The notes: generated from the sequence alone by a model not told the origin. A DNA stretch of 64,000 nucleotides from Mobula hypostoma (GCF_963921235.1 NC_086109.1:28956001-29020000), one strand, 5' to 3'. Numbered from the stretch's first letter, positions 38,331 through 51,640 are shown. Made by a program: numbers and translations.

Positions 38331-41147
38331 ATGTGTGTATATATGTATATTTATGCAGCATCTTGCTGTATATCTGTATATAAAACTGACTAGGTCAACT
38401 CAGGATGCATAGCAAATCCTGACAGCACAATTCACTCAGTCAGGACCACCCACCTGGAGAAGCAGAAGGTCCATAGACCCTTAGCCTCCAATTATAAGTG
38501 AGCTTGGAGTGGACATTTTATGCTTGGTGGCACAGGCCACCTGCGTGTCATAACTTTTCAAAAGCTGGACAGCTGGCAGAGTATGTGGAACTGACTATTC
38601 CCAGGTCATATAGAAAGCCTGCAATTTTCCGAAACCTGCACTTGTCCTTCTGGTGCTAATGGACCATTCAAGGGAAACAAATGTAAAATAAACCTTTCAA
38701 GTCAATGCATCATTACTGAGACTAGCACTGTAAATCTACTGTGATCTATTCTACACAAAAAACAGCAGGGTGAAGTTATATTCTTTTGCATGGCCTCAGC
38801 ACTTGTAAAATGGCTAAACTAGATTAACCAAAAATTTATTGAACATAAGTATTGAATATTTAAATACACACTATTTTGCATTAATGCAAACAAATTAAGA
38901 TATGTATCAAGTATTTTTGCTATTGTTGTAAGTGGAATGAACCTTGCTCCAATTGATGTATTAATCTGGAACCAACAACTAAAACTGACTGATAAGGCCA
39001 TCAACAGACAATTGCAGCACAGGAAGAGCCTGCTCAGCCCATCTTCCGAAGCCGGTAGTCCCTGATTTTATTACTGCCTGAAGGAATAGAAATTCAAAAA
39101 GATATGATCTGCTGTTAAGTTCTCTTTCCCTCTTTCACTATATATTTTTGTACAGTTGTTTTTTTTCCTTTTTGCCTCTAATACCCTGCAGATTTTAAAA
39201 TCACTGATGCTGAATGCACAATTCACCTTTGCAATTGCAGCAAAATATGTTTTATCCATCCAGCTAGTCCTCAGCACAGCAATTTTAAGGCATTATTGGA
39301 GATGTCCCTTATCATTTCTTTGGAAGGAATAGAAAGACTCTTTCAGTTGATGTAGCTGCTGCACAACACTTCCAGCACACTGTATACCAGCAGTACCAGA
39401 CTCTTAAGCAGAGCTCATTGTACATTGTAAAGACTTAAAACAAGCATTGTCTAGGGCTTTGGGTGGTGAAATGATCACAAAGTGTTCCCCTCCAATTTGC
39501 CTGAGTGTTGATAGAATATTGGTAGGATTAAGAGCAATTCTCCAATTCATTATGTTAACTGTTCAGCCAATTTGGTTCAGTTCACTTGGCACTGAGGGGC
39601 TAAATGCATGAGCCCCAGGAAAGGTTATAGACCCACACAAGGTATCTTTCAAAATTAGACTTGTCAGTTAATCAGAAATACGGTAGAAGGATTCACCAAT
39701 ACTACCAGACATAAGCCCAATAGCCAAGTGTTAGAGCAGAGAGGTAGTAGTACATTTTTGTTGATATATATTTCCCTCATCCTTTTCTTTCTGCATGGTT
39801 TAATGTCTATAACGTGCTGTCACTCATTGAGACCTTAGACATTCCCATTCCTCTGATAGTCCTAACCTCCTCATAGCAGAAGCAATGTCCCAGCAACATT
39901 CCCCATCCATTACCCCAATCAGGCCTTCAGATATTGCTCCTCTCATTCACCTCTCTCTGAAACCTGCTTGTGTCCCCAATACCCCAGGTTTCTTCTGATA
40001 TCACTAAAGTTTACAGAGAAGATTTGAGAGCCAGAATGGTCAAAATGTGCCTTGGAGTCAGAAACTAGCTTTTTGGTCCATCCCCTACCATGAGCAACAC
40101 ATTTAAACTAATCCTGCATTAATCCCGGTTTTATCACTGCATTCTAATTATCTCCATCCCACCCCAATTCTACCATTTACCTACACATCAGGGTACAATT
40201 TAACCCATCAGTTGGAATGTCTTTGGAATGTGGGAGAAAACCAGAGCATCTGCAGGAACCCCCACAGCCACAGTCACTCTCTTTAATATCTACATGAAGT
40301 TCTCATTCTCTGTAAAAGCCCAACACTCATTAAACATTCTGATTGAACCTACTTGGACAGTCCAAAGACTAGTGGGTTCTCAATGGATTCCACTTTTTTT
40401 TCTCACTTCAGTTTAATTTGCCATGTTTACCTCCTACTGTGCTATCAGATCCTTGAACTCATAGGTTCAAGCATCCTTCAGCTTGATCTAATGACTACTG
40501 GCACTATGATACAGAAGCTGAACAATGACGTCTTGTTTCAATTTGTTCAACTTCCCAATAAATAGATGCACAAAAACACAATGAGAACTCCACCCCAATA
40601 GAACACCTAATAAATCTGATTTACATATTTTAGTATCTAATTAGCATATCTTATTAGCTAATTATACTTGAAAGTGAGTTTAATAACCTCTAATTGTTAG
40701 AACTATAATTGGGAAGAAAAAACTATTTTCTATTTCCTCATTTAATTGTATTAATCAGTTTTAATTACATATGTATTTTTATGACTTTCCTTTTGGCATT
40801 ACAAAGGAATCAAGATGCCCTAGAAGTTTTAAGTAGTTAGCATTGGTGCTTATTAAGGTTTTACTAAGACAATGAGTAAAACGTATCTCATAATTTAATT
40901 TAAATCCAGAGGTTAATTAACATAATTTTAATCTGCATGCAAAATTCAATTTTTAACACGCACAGCATTGGTAAGAAACGGCTTACTGTTATTAATTTAA
41001 TTGTGATAAAATTGGGGTAATAATTTCTTTTTGAAGCCAGGAGGTGCAAAGTTTGCATTATAGTTCAAAACAAAAGGGAAAAAGGCAATGAGAGCAAATT
41101 ATAGACCAAGTGAGATTACACTTTGCATTGGGTGTCTATTTTCTTAT

Positions 41148-41810
41148 CAAGTCAAGTCAATTTTATTGTCATTTAATTATATACATGATTAACGTCAAAC
41201 AAGATGCTACTCCGAACTGGGGTGTATATGTTGTATACATAACACATAATAACTTAGGAAAGTAAGGATGAAATCTACAGATAGATTACACGTAAATAAA
41301 CTAAAGTGCATAAATTAAATATTATAAACTACAGAACAGATTAACCAGTGACACTTTGAATGTGATGTGGTGGGGAATTCAGAAGCCTGATGGGCTGAGG
41401 GAACAAATAGTTTCCATCCTGACTGTTCATGTTTTTATGCATCATAGTCTCCTGCCTGATGGTAGAAAGTCAACAAGGATGCTGGATGGGTGGGTGGGAT
41501 CCTTAATAATACCAAGGACTCTGTGTATGCAGCACTCCTGATCTATGTCCTCGATGGATGGTAGGGAGACCCTATAATCATCTCAGTCATGTTCACATCC
41601 CTTTGTAGAGACTTCCGGTCCAATGCTTGGCTGCTCCCATACATGATGGAGATACAACTTGTCAAAATGACTCAATGGGGATCCTATAAAATTCAGATAG
41701 ATTGGGCAGGATGGTGGGGAGGGGAGGGGGACTTACCTTCCTCAATCTGCTTACAAAGTGGAGATGCTGCTGTGCCTTTTTGTTCAGGGAGGTGATTTTT
41801 AGGGACCAGC
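41148..41810 (-). mobile_element. Rex1 3' fragment with (CTTGA)n tail
   Basis: TCAAGTCAAGTCAA tail; IIKDPTHPS..LPSGRRL. Confidence 0.8.
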
Positions 41811-41904
41811 TATCAATGAATACATGGGATTTTGCAGCTTTACTTATTCAGAAAATTATGTACAGTTAAAAACTGATGTATGATATTTTGTTCAATAGAA
41901 CTCA

Positions 41905-42170
41905 TCCAGTAAACAGTAGTTCTGTGGGTGAAAATGCCCTATGAATGAGGGAAGTCAGAGGAGAATGGCCAGACTGGTTCGGGCTGACAGGAAGATGACA
42001 GTAACTCAAAAAAAAACACATGCTACAACAGTGGGATGCAGAACAGAACCTCTGTATGCACAACGCATTCAATTTTGATGTGGATGGACTAACGCAGAAG
42101 GCAACAAACATACACTCAGTGGTCCCTTTATTAGGTACAGGAGACAACTAATAAATTAGTCACTAAGTGA
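41905..42170 (+). mobile_element. Tc1-derived fragment
   Basis: Reverse complement of the 31990-32250 region; CACTCAGTGGTCCCTTTATTAGGTACA TIR-like motif. Confidence 0.75.
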
Positions 42171-42469
42171 ATTTTCATGAAAAGATGAAGTTATGTATAA
42201 AGAGCTTTGTTTTCTTTGCTTCCCCTCCATGACTTCAGTCAGCATATCCAGTTTGTGGATGAACTTTCCTCTCAGGCCCAGCTTATGAAATATTTTAAAG
42301 AAGGAGGTCGAAAAATGCCGTAATGCTGATCAAAGCAATGGAGAGAAAGTGGGACTAAGATACTGAGGGAGATAATTCATCATAATTAGGTAAATGGTTG
42401 ATCAGGACCAAATGGCCCCACTTTCTAGTTTTCTATGTTTCCATGACCCCTCCTTATTACTTGGACTTA

Positions 42470-43004
42470 CACTTAGTGGCCACTTTATTAGGTACCTCCT
42501 GGCTGTATGTTCATGCCCATCCACTTCAATATGCATTGATATATTGTCATTCAGAGATGTTCTTCTACATGCCACTGTTGTAACACGTGGTTATTTGAGT
42601 TACTGTCACCTTCCTGTCAGCTTGAACCAGTTGACCATTCTCCTCTGACCTTTCTCATTAACAAGGCATTTTTGCCAAAAGAGCTTGTGCTCATTGAATG
42701 TTTTTGTTTTGCTTTTTTGCACCATTCTCTGTAAACTGCAGAGACCATTGTGTGGTAAAATATTAGGAGCTAACAGTTTCTGAGATACTCAAACCACACT
42801 AGATAGCACCAAAAATCATTCCACAGTCAAAGTTATGTAGATAACACACCTTCCCCACTCTGATGTTTGGTGTAAACAACAACTGAACTTCTTGACCATG
42901 TCCATATGATTTTACGATTGAGCTGCAGCCAAAGGATTGGCTGATTAGATATTTGCATTAACGAGCAGGTGTACAAGTGTAACTAATAAATTGGCAACTG
43001 AGTG
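42470..43004 (-). mobile_element. Tc1-derived non-autonomous element
   Basis: TA-CACTTAGTGGCCACTTTATTAGGTAC and GTAACTAATAAATTGGCAACTGAGTG TIRs; same family as 31966-32524. Confidence 0.85.
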
Positions 43005-43239
43005 TTTAAAACTATTATAAATAAACATTGTGTTGAACCCTCCAAAAGAATTAAGTAGAATTGAACAGCCGTGGCATGGTATTGCAGGATAACATGACAT
43101 ATTAAACATAATATGTTACTGGGTCCCACACAGGCCTCAAAGATTTCCCATAGCTCTTTATTAACTGGATAAAATCTCCTTTTCCAACAGCTATGGAAGG
43201 AAAAGGATGCTTTCTGCATAAGTAATCATTTGGAGCACA

Positions 43240-43286
43240 CTTCTTTACGTAATAATGTATTTCTTCTTTACGTAATAATGTATTTC
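43240..43286. repeat. 23-bp perfect tandem duplication
   Basis: CTTCTTTACGTAATAATGTATTT x2. Confidence 0.9.
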
Positions 43287-44344
43287 CTGAGTTAGCGAAC
43301 CTGTGACTTGCAAGTTTTGTGAGACATCACCACAGGAACCTATATGTGAAGGAATCTGCTGATGATAGGAATTGCCATGGTTGGGAATCTGTGATTTCAA
43401 GGCGGTTGACCTATGGATCTAGAGCAACTTACCATTACCTAACATGTACCATCCAAATGTGGGGTGGCACAAAACCACTTCCTTGTTACTGAATGATCAA
43501 AAGTGAAACAGCAGAAGTTACAACAAAAGGGTGATTTTCTTTGCAGAAATGGTTTGTTTAGAGAGGGCCAAAAAACTACTACAGTTTGCAGACCAGAATG
43601 AAGACCGTAAAGCCCATTTTGTTCATACCAGTTCGACGTTAGAAGCTGAAAAAAAACTATTTTTTACAAGTTTGTTGCACGTAAACCATAGGCTGGACAC
43701 AGCATTAAAGGTTTCAGAAAGAGATTGATTGTAGCAACTCCATACTCAAAAAACAGCCATATAAACTATTGTAAATATACTTAGCACTCCCCAGCTCACA
43801 TTGCTTTATCATTTTCCCTATTTTTGACTTCTTCCCTAATTTTATGCTTTTCTATTTTAATCTCTGATGCTTTACACATGGAGTCAAAATCAATTGCAGT
43901 TTTCAGGGATAGAGGTCAGAGGCTAATTTACACCCAAGGGAAAGAAATGAGAAAGGCAGGAGTAGGTAAACAGAAAGGGAGTTGTGGAGGGAGTGGGAAG
44001 AGTGCAGCAGCAGGAGGGAAACAAGCAAAGGAAGAGACTGGAAGCATAAGGGGAAAGGAAAAGAGGGAACAAGAAAAAGATGAGAGCGGTGAATGGATTG
44101 GGGATTTCCTCATCTAAGGAATAGGGAATGAAATGTAAAGTATATGACAACGAGAAAAATGGATTGTAGAAGAATAGAGGAAAACGTTTAAACAAGAGGA
44201 CAGCAAAGAAAGAAGGTGGATGGGAAGAGGAAGGAACAGGGGTACAATGGCTCAACTGTCTCATATGATGTAAAATTTGTTGTTTTGCAGCAGCTGTACA
44301 GTGGAAAGAAATACATTCCTATAAATTGTGAAATAAATAAATAC

Positions 44345-44765
44345 TGCTGATCTGGCAATGGACTCCTCCACCTACCTGCCTTTTCCCAATAATCCTTTAA
44401 TTCCCCTAATATACAAAGATCTATCCAACCTTGTCTTAAATTTATTTACTGAGGCAGCCTCCACTACTTCATTGGGTGGAGAACTTCACAGATCCACCAA
44501 CCCCTGGGAAAAGCCTCCTCATCTCCATCCCAATTCTTGAGGCTATGTCCCCTAGTTCTAGTCTCACCTACCAGTGGAAACAAACTTCCTGCCTCTGTCT
44601 TATCTATCCTTTTCATAATTTTATATTTTTCTATTGGATCTCCTCTCATTCTTCTGAATTCCAGTGAGTACAGTCCCAGGCGATTCACTCTCTCCTCATA
44701 GTCCAACCCCCCTCATCTCTGGGATCAACCTGGAGAACCTCCTCTGCACCACCTCCAAAGCCAGT
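44345..44765 (-). mobile_element. CR1 3' fragment
   Basis: YEERVNRLGLYSLEFRRMRGDPIE..TRGHSLK. Confidence 0.88.
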
Positions 44766-44984
44766 ATGTTATATATGTACTATATATATGTTAGATGTGG
44801 CTCGTCTAGTTGGGTCTGAAATAAAATGTGGAAAATTCACATTCCTTGTTGGATTACATAGTTTAAAAGCTAACCAGAAAACACCAGAAGTATTCATTTG
44901 GTTCATGCAACATCTGCGAACTGAAGAGCAGAGTTTACAGTTCAGGTTGATAATCTGTTATGGATCTTACCCTTTTTTTTAATC

Positions 44985-45195
44985 AGAGATACAGTGTGGG
45001 AATAAGCTCTTCTGACCCAATAAACCATGTCTCCCAATTACACCTTTGTGGGCAATTAACCCAGCATGTTAATGTGCGATGAAGCCGGAGCATCTGGAGG
45101 AAACCCACGCAGTCATGGGAAGGGCGTACGAACTCCTTACAGACAGCAGTGGGAATCTAACCCCAGTCAATGGTGCTGTAAAGCACTACACTCAC
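44985..45195 (-). mobile_element. V-domain SINE
   Basis: CCGGAGCATCTGGAGGAAACCCACGCAGTCATGGGAAGGGCGTACGAACTCC. Confidence 0.75.
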
Positions 45196-46314
45196 CACAT
45201 GATGAAAAGACATTGACATTTTTTCCAGTTTGCCACCTGACCTGCTGAATGTTTCCAGTGTTGGTTAGAGTTAATGCAGTTCTTGAGTTGACACATTTTC
45301 TCCCTTTAAAAGGGAGCAGAAATGTTATGATTTTAAAGTCATATTTTTCACTTACATTTTAAAGAACCATTCTGCAGATCATGCACAGAAAATAAGGGAG
45401 TAGCCTGCAAACTGTAAGTTTGAACTATTCTAATGAAAAATAGCATTCGCTGTTAATAATAATGTTAAATGATAATCCTTCATATTATTTACTCAGTGAG
45501 TAACAATGAAAAACATTTGAAAATCAGAGGCAGGCAATGACTAGCCATATTTGGCATGACTGGTCGTCTGAGAGAGAAGCCATCTGTGGTAAGTGCTACC
45601 CCAGATCCTGTGGACTTTCTCCCAAGGAGGATGTTTGCTGTAAGAAACAAAGCCAAGAAGGAACACACTGTTACCATTACAAGTTCAGTGAAGAGTCTCT
45701 GCCGAGAAATCTAGACAGTAAGGAATTTGTCTACACTACTGCATAATATCTGGGGTTTTCCTGGAATGAGCTTAGTAAATAAATGAGATATTGAGGTTGT
45801 AAATGTAGCTGACTTATGCTGAAGGATAAATTAAAGTCTTTGGATATTTTGCTTTGTCTTAAACTTTAAAACAGCTAATTATTTAGAAAAATACTTTTTT
45901 TTTAAAGCCAAGACAGACAGATGGACGTAATATCCATTCCTTCAGCTGAATGGAAGAAAAAACAGAAAACATGAAATTGCTGCTCAGCTATATAACTATG
46001 TGTGGTGATCCATACTTGCAATTAGTGTGTTTAAAGTGTGCAGCTTCCCCTAATGAGTTTTGTGAGACAATGTATACATAAATACATCTAAGTCCCATCA
46101 CTGGGCCAACATTTTCCAGGAAATGGGTTTAAAATATCTCCAGCTCCTTTTGAAGTGTGTGGCCACAAGTATCATTCCAATCAGATACCAATACTTTGAA
46201 CCTATTTTTAAGGAGCTCATATTCAAAGCTGTACTGCAACAAATTTAGCCTGTCTTTTGTCCCAGCCTAAATTTATCTTTAAACGTTTCATCAAATCTTT
46301 AACTTGCTGTTGGC

Positions 46315-47959
46315 AACACACACAAAATAATGGAGGAACTTAGCAGGCCAGGCAGCATCTATGGAAAACAGTACAGTCGACATTTTGGGCTGAGACCCTT
46401 TGGCAGGAATGGAGGGAAAAAATCTGAAAAGTAGATTTAAAAGGTGGGGGGAGGGGAGAGAGAAACACAACATGATAGGTGAAACCTGAAAGGAGACGGA
46501 TGAAGTAAAGAGCTAGGAAGTTGATTGGTGAAAGAGACAGAAGGCCATGGAAGAAAGAAAAAGAGAGAGGGAAAAAGGGATGGGAAATGGTGAAGGAGAT
46601 GGGAGTATGGGGTGCATTACCAGAAGTTAGAGAAATCGATGTTCATGCCATCAGGTTGGAGGCTACCCAAATGGAATACCTGTATAAGCTGCTGTTCCTC
46701 CAACCTGAGTGTGGCTTCATCGCAACAGTAGAGGAGGCCATGGATAGACATATTGGAATGGGGATGGGAAGTGGAATTAACATGGGTGGCCACAGGGAGA
46801 TCCCCCTTTTTCTGGCGAATGGAGCGTAGGTGCTCGGCGAAACAGTCTCCCAATCTGTGTTGGGTCTCGCCAATATACAGGATGCCACATCAGCAGTACC
46901 TGTCACAGTATATGACCCCAATAGACTCACAGGTGAAGTGTCACCTCACCTGGAAGAACTCTTTGGGGTCCTGAATGATAATGAGGGAGGAGGTGTGGGG
47001 GCAGTTGTAGCACTTGTTCCATTTGAAAGGACAAGTGCCAGGAGGGAGATCAGAGGGCAGAGACAAATGGACAGGGAGGTCACATAGGGACCGAGCCCTG
47101 TGGAAAGCAGAAAGTGGATGGGACGGAAAGATGTGCTTAGTGGTGGGAACTCATTGGAGGTGGTGAGAGTTCTGGAGAATTATGTGCTGGGTGCAAAGAC
47201 TGGTGGGGTGGTGGGTGAGGACAAGAGGAACCTTATGCCTGATAGGGTGGCAGGAAGATGGGGTAAGAGCAGACGTGCATGAGATGGAAGAAATGCGGTT
47301 GAGGGTAGCATTGATGGTGGAAGCAGGGAAACCCCTTGCTTTGAAAAGGGGGGGGCGCATTTCCTTCGTTCTAGAATGAAAAGCCTCATCCTGAGAACAG
47401 ATGCAATGGAAACAGAGGAATTGAGAGAAGGGGATGGCATTTTTACAAGTAACTGGGTGGGAAGAGGTATAGTCCAGGTAGATGTGAGAGTCAAGCAACA
47501 CACATAAAAATTGCTGGTGAATGCAGCAGGCCAGGTAGCATCTACAGGAAGAGGTACAGTCGACATTTCGGGCGGAGACCCTTCGTTAGTATTCCTGATT
47601 ACCATTTCCAATCCCCTTTTACCTCTCTCACTTAATCTTCCTGCCCACCCATCGTCTCCCTCTGGTGCTCCTCCCCTTATTCTTTCTTCCATGGCCTTCT
47701 GTCTTTCACCAATCAACTTCCCAGCTCTTTACTTCATCCCTCCCCCTTCAGGTTTCACCTATCACCTTGTGTTTCTCTCTTCCCTCCCCCACCTTTTAAA
47801 TCTATTTCTCAGTCCTTTTTCTCCAGTCCTGCCGAAGGCTCTTGGCCAGAAACATTGATTGTACTCTCTTCCGTAGATGTTGCATGACCTGCTGAGTTCC
47901 TCCAGCATTTTGTGTGTGTTGCTTGGATTTCCAGCATCTTCAGATTTCTCTTGTTTCTG
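46315..47959. mobile_element. Composite PLE insertion: minus body (RT end plus GIY-YIG), pLTR piece of a second subfamily, inverted pLTR
   Basis: YLDYTSSHP..NAIPFSQF, GDCFAEHLRS..LGSLQPDGMNIDF; TSD ACTTGC(TG/CT)TTGGC at 46302-46314 and 47960-47972. Confidence 0.88.
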
Positions 47960-48091
47960 ACTTGCCTTTGGCCATATGCAATTTTTTTGAACAGCTCAGA
48001 ATCTTTTTCATACTATTTAAGGGAAGTGAACCACTTACCCAGAGTCACAACAGAAATATATATTGCATGAAAGTTTTTGCAACGTGCTCAC

Positions 48092-48138
48092 CTTTGAAGT
48101 TATCTCAGTTACTTGTAGCAGTGTGTGCCCTGGAGAAC
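48092..48138 (-). other. Candidate internal exon of an unidentified transcript
   Basis: Branch point CTAAC plus TTATCTTTTCTTATTCCTACTTATAG acceptor; AAG|GTGAGC donor; one open frame (SPGHTLLQVTEITSK). Confidence 0.3.
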
Positions 48139-49464
48139 CTATAAGTAGGAATAAGAAAAGATAAGTTAGCCCAGGTAACAGTAACATTTCCCTACAATTT
48201 GTAGATATTTTCATCTCCTTTCTGTTTATAGGCGGGATCAACAAAAATACAATCCCGTCCTTCACTACAAACCCTCCCTCCTGTCTTACTTCATTGGAAA
48301 GCTCCTTGGCCAAGTAAGTCCAGGTGAGAAGAGGAAGAGACCTGCCACTTGATATAACATTTGTCGCCACTGAATTAGTTAGTCTCCACAGTCGTTCAAA
48401 GTTAAATTAGAGACAAGTTCAAACATGTGGACACAATTGGTCTGCAGCCTGGGGTTAGATGTAATGCAAATGTCAGCTATCCAAAGGATGAAGTCTGCTA
48501 CAAATGACTCAGATACATGAATGTAGTACCATAGAATCAGGCAAAACTCTACAATCATTTCCTTTCATTTCTGCTGCCCACCATGACTGATGTGAGAGAA
48601 ATTGGATTCCATACGCTGAAGATGAGTTTTATCAATGAAAGCCCGTGGGGCTGTTAGTTGGATAGAGTCTAAGGGACAATCCATTTATTCCATTCCTTTC
48701 ACACAAGAACTTATGGTTTTCTGACTATTTATTCTTTCATCTTTAGGCCGGTTCTGTGAATGGATTATAAACCAGAGTCACACCCTCTACAAGGAGAAAT
48801 GATGAATTTCTTCCTGTTGGACATCCGTGTTTTCAAGCTGTCTGACCTGAATGGCACTACAAAAGACCTTGCTGACCAGGGTTTTTGAGGCTGAGTAAGG
48901 AGAAGGAATGATGCACGCTGTCTAGCTGAGTGTGGATTATCATCCATTTTAGTAAGCTTCCTATAGTCCATCATGGCTGCATTAGTGAGGGCTACATGAA
49001 TGATCAGGCATTTGCAGCATTAAAATCTCATTAAGAATAAAATAAGGGAAGTGATTTCCTAGGAGAGACAGCAGGTGGTCTATCAGCTCTGAAGGCTGAG
49101 TATCATTGAGGCTGGGCAAGGAAAGCAACTATTTGGCATGCTCAGATCCCGATCGTCCAAAAGGCTGTAAAAGGTGAGTTTTCAGCTAATTGATATTTAT
49201 CGTGTTCAGGTGACTGTTCAAGTAGACTCACCATTCTCACAGCCATGGAATTGCTGAGCAACGCTAACATGTAGTAGAATTTAGTGTTGCTGGCAGAGAT
49301 TTCTCGGAATGCGAACTGGGCCTCGGCTTGTACAAATCAAGTGTCTGCATTTTGCTCCTAAAACTCTCAAAGTGACTGCATTAGCTGACATGTTGGATAT
49401 CTCTTGAATCATCCTAGAGCATCAGGGTCACCAATATAGGTTTTCACAAATAAAGCAAAGTGAG

Positions 49465-49850
49465 GCAACACACATCAAAGTTGCTGGTGAACACAGCAGG
49501 CCAGGCAGCATCTCTAGGAAGAGGTACAGTCGATGTTTCAGGCCGAGACCCTTCGTCAGGACTGACGGAAAGAAGAGCTAGTGAGAGATTTGAAATTGGG
49601 AGGGGGAGGGGGAGATCCAAAATGATAAGAGAAGACAGGAGGGGGAGTCTTCTCCTATCATTTTGGATCTCCCCCTTCCCCTCCCACTTTCAAATCTCTT
49701 ACTAGCTCTTCTTTCAGTTAGTCCTGACGAAGGGTCTCGGCCTGAAACGTCGACTGTACCTCTTCCTAGAGATGCTGCCTGGCCTGCTGCGTTCACCAGC
49801 AATTTTGATGTGTGCTGCTTGAATTTCCAGCATCTGCAGAATTCCTCGTG
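49465..49850. mobile_element. Palindromic PLE pLTR insertion
   Basis: 172-bp inverted arms (49465-49636 and 49647-49818), 10-nt spacer, ~32-nt tail; TSD unclear. Confidence 0.92.
49719..49756 (+). ncRNA. Minimal type I hammerhead ribozyme
   Basis: Identical to 12156-12193; predicted cleavage after C49751. Confidence 0.85.
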
Positions 49851-50479
49851 TGATGCCTTTTATGTTTAATGAAACCCATAACACATTTTATTGAACTCCA
49901 AAACTTACACATAAAGGCATTGTCTATTGTCTATTGTCATCCTAAAATACTTTTTGTAATAACGTCATCACATCAGACCAGCCTGTTAAAGTGAAACCCT
50001 AACTCAATGTTGGTGGTTGTGAATTATGTACGTTTCTCCCAATTACGTAATCCTACGCATCTAGAATATCTGACTGTCAAGGAGGCAAATGGTAAGAATT
50101 CCTTCAGATCACCAAGATTGCATAAAGCATCAAGGACTGAAATAACCTAATCTAACACTAATCCAAATTATCCTTCCTACTTTTCTTTCAGTTCACCCCA
50201 AAATCTAACACTCACACTTTGGGCAACCGACAATGGCCAATTAATCTACCAACCAATATGTTCTTGAGATGTCAGAGGAAACCAGAGCAACTGGAGAAAG
50301 TCCATGCAGTCTCAGGGCTGTCGGGCAAACAGAACATGGAGAGCACCAGAGGTCAGGTCTACTGGAGCTGAGGGGCATCAGGCCTACCAAAGTTGTTGTT
50401 CTTTTGTCCCCATTTAACAAAGGTGAATCCCTTCGTGAAGGATAACGGCTTCCAACTGAACAGAGTAGCTATATTTCAG

Positions 50480-51263
50480 AATTTAATCAAAATCTGTGAG
50501 CAAATTGCGTGAAATGATGTAGTTCTGTCGGAGTCTGTGATCTACAGTTCAAACTACAGCTCTTTGCAAGCGATGGGTTTCCGGACGGACTGTGCGGCTG
50601 GTGCTTCACTATCTCCAGGAAGACATGTGCCCTCAGGGCTGGGAGGTCGACGTTGGGGAGTGACCCCGTGGGCAACTGGGTTCCTCTCCAATTTTGCCAA
50701 ATGAAGTGGGAGACCAAAACATCGAGACTGGATGGCAGTGTGGTTGCTAATTGCCGGCTGCCAGAGGAAGGCCTCTTTCCTAGTGTGATCCCGCACTCTT
50801 TCTTTTGATGGAGAAAGAGAGAGAGAGAGCGAGCCTGTCAGACCTCAAAGTGACGCGGAAGATTGTAACATCGGAACAGTGACTTGCTGGTCTCTGCTCT
50901 CACGCATGTAGCAGTGACCTCTCTCCCTCTCTGGAAAGAGAGCACCTGTCTGAGATATCTAGCATGTAAACTGTAGTTTAAAGGACTCAAGATCAATGGG
51001 CTCTATGGTGTTTCTGCAACTCCTCAGGTGGTGGGTGGTAGGGTGGGGGGTGCGGAGTCAATACTTCTTCCTGCACAGGTGGGGGTGGGGGGTGGGTCGA
51101 TGCTTTCGCTGCTGCTTGTGCAAAGGGAGTGGTAATGACGTGGGGGAGCTTCAGGGGTTTAATGTTTCTACGGGGTTTCTTTGCGAATCTCTGTTTAGAT
51201 GACGAATTTTAGGTTGTATACTATATGCATTCTGCAATATTAGAATATAATTTGAAACTTTGA
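50480..51263 (+). mobile_element. Non-autonomous retroelement with Rex1-type tail
   Basis: CpG-richer body with (GA)n; ends GAATTTTAGGTTGTATAC..TTTGAAACTTTGAA, like the tail at 13200-13270. Confidence 0.4.
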
Positions 51264-51404
51264 AATAATGGTTATTGTGTTTCACCATTGTTAATAATTT
51301 TCTGCTAATTATCACTGTGAATGGTTTTCAAGTACGAATGGTTTTGACCTACATTATTTACATATTAAGTCCAATGTTTCAGGAGAAAAGAAGCCAGAGT
51401 TTTC

Positions 51405-51640
51405 ATTTTGGGGCCTGCAAAGAAAAGAGCTATCAGGACCATCACGGAGGCTGCTGAGCAAGCCTCCAGATGGCTATGGATCAAGAGGTGAGACCCATGG
51501 ACAAGTGCTGCTGAGACACAAGCCAGGGCCTGATCTGCCCAGCTGGGTCACCTGGGTAATAGTGTCTGATGTTGAAAGACCTGAAACATCTGATGACCCA
51601 GTTAACATCACTGATGTAGTGACAGCGCGTGCTAGGATGT
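51405..51640 (+). mobile_element. HERO/NeSL-like REL non-LTR element 3' end
   Basis: KKRAIRTITEAAEQASRWLWIKR*DPW followed by 3' UTR. Confidence 0.7.

Noticed and set aside
43824..44264. Overlapping ORFs in a purine-rich tract
   Set aside because: Low-complexity GA-rich sequence explains the lack of stops; no domain recognised.
48746..48803. Plus-strand acceptor followed by GRFCEWIINQSHTLYKEK* (EGF-like GRFCE)
   Set aside because: The match is too short and no upstream EGF-type exons were found.
33026..49869. Repeated small ORFs MLVNAAGQAASLGRGTVDVSGRDPSSG and PDEGSRPETST..DAAWPAAFTS
   Set aside because: They are translations of the non-coding pLTR/hammerhead on either strand, not a gene family.
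51560..51600. CTGATGT..GAAAC in the HERO-like 3' UTR as a hammerhead
   Set aside because: The core is CUGAUGU, not CUGANGA, and stems I and II could not be drawn.
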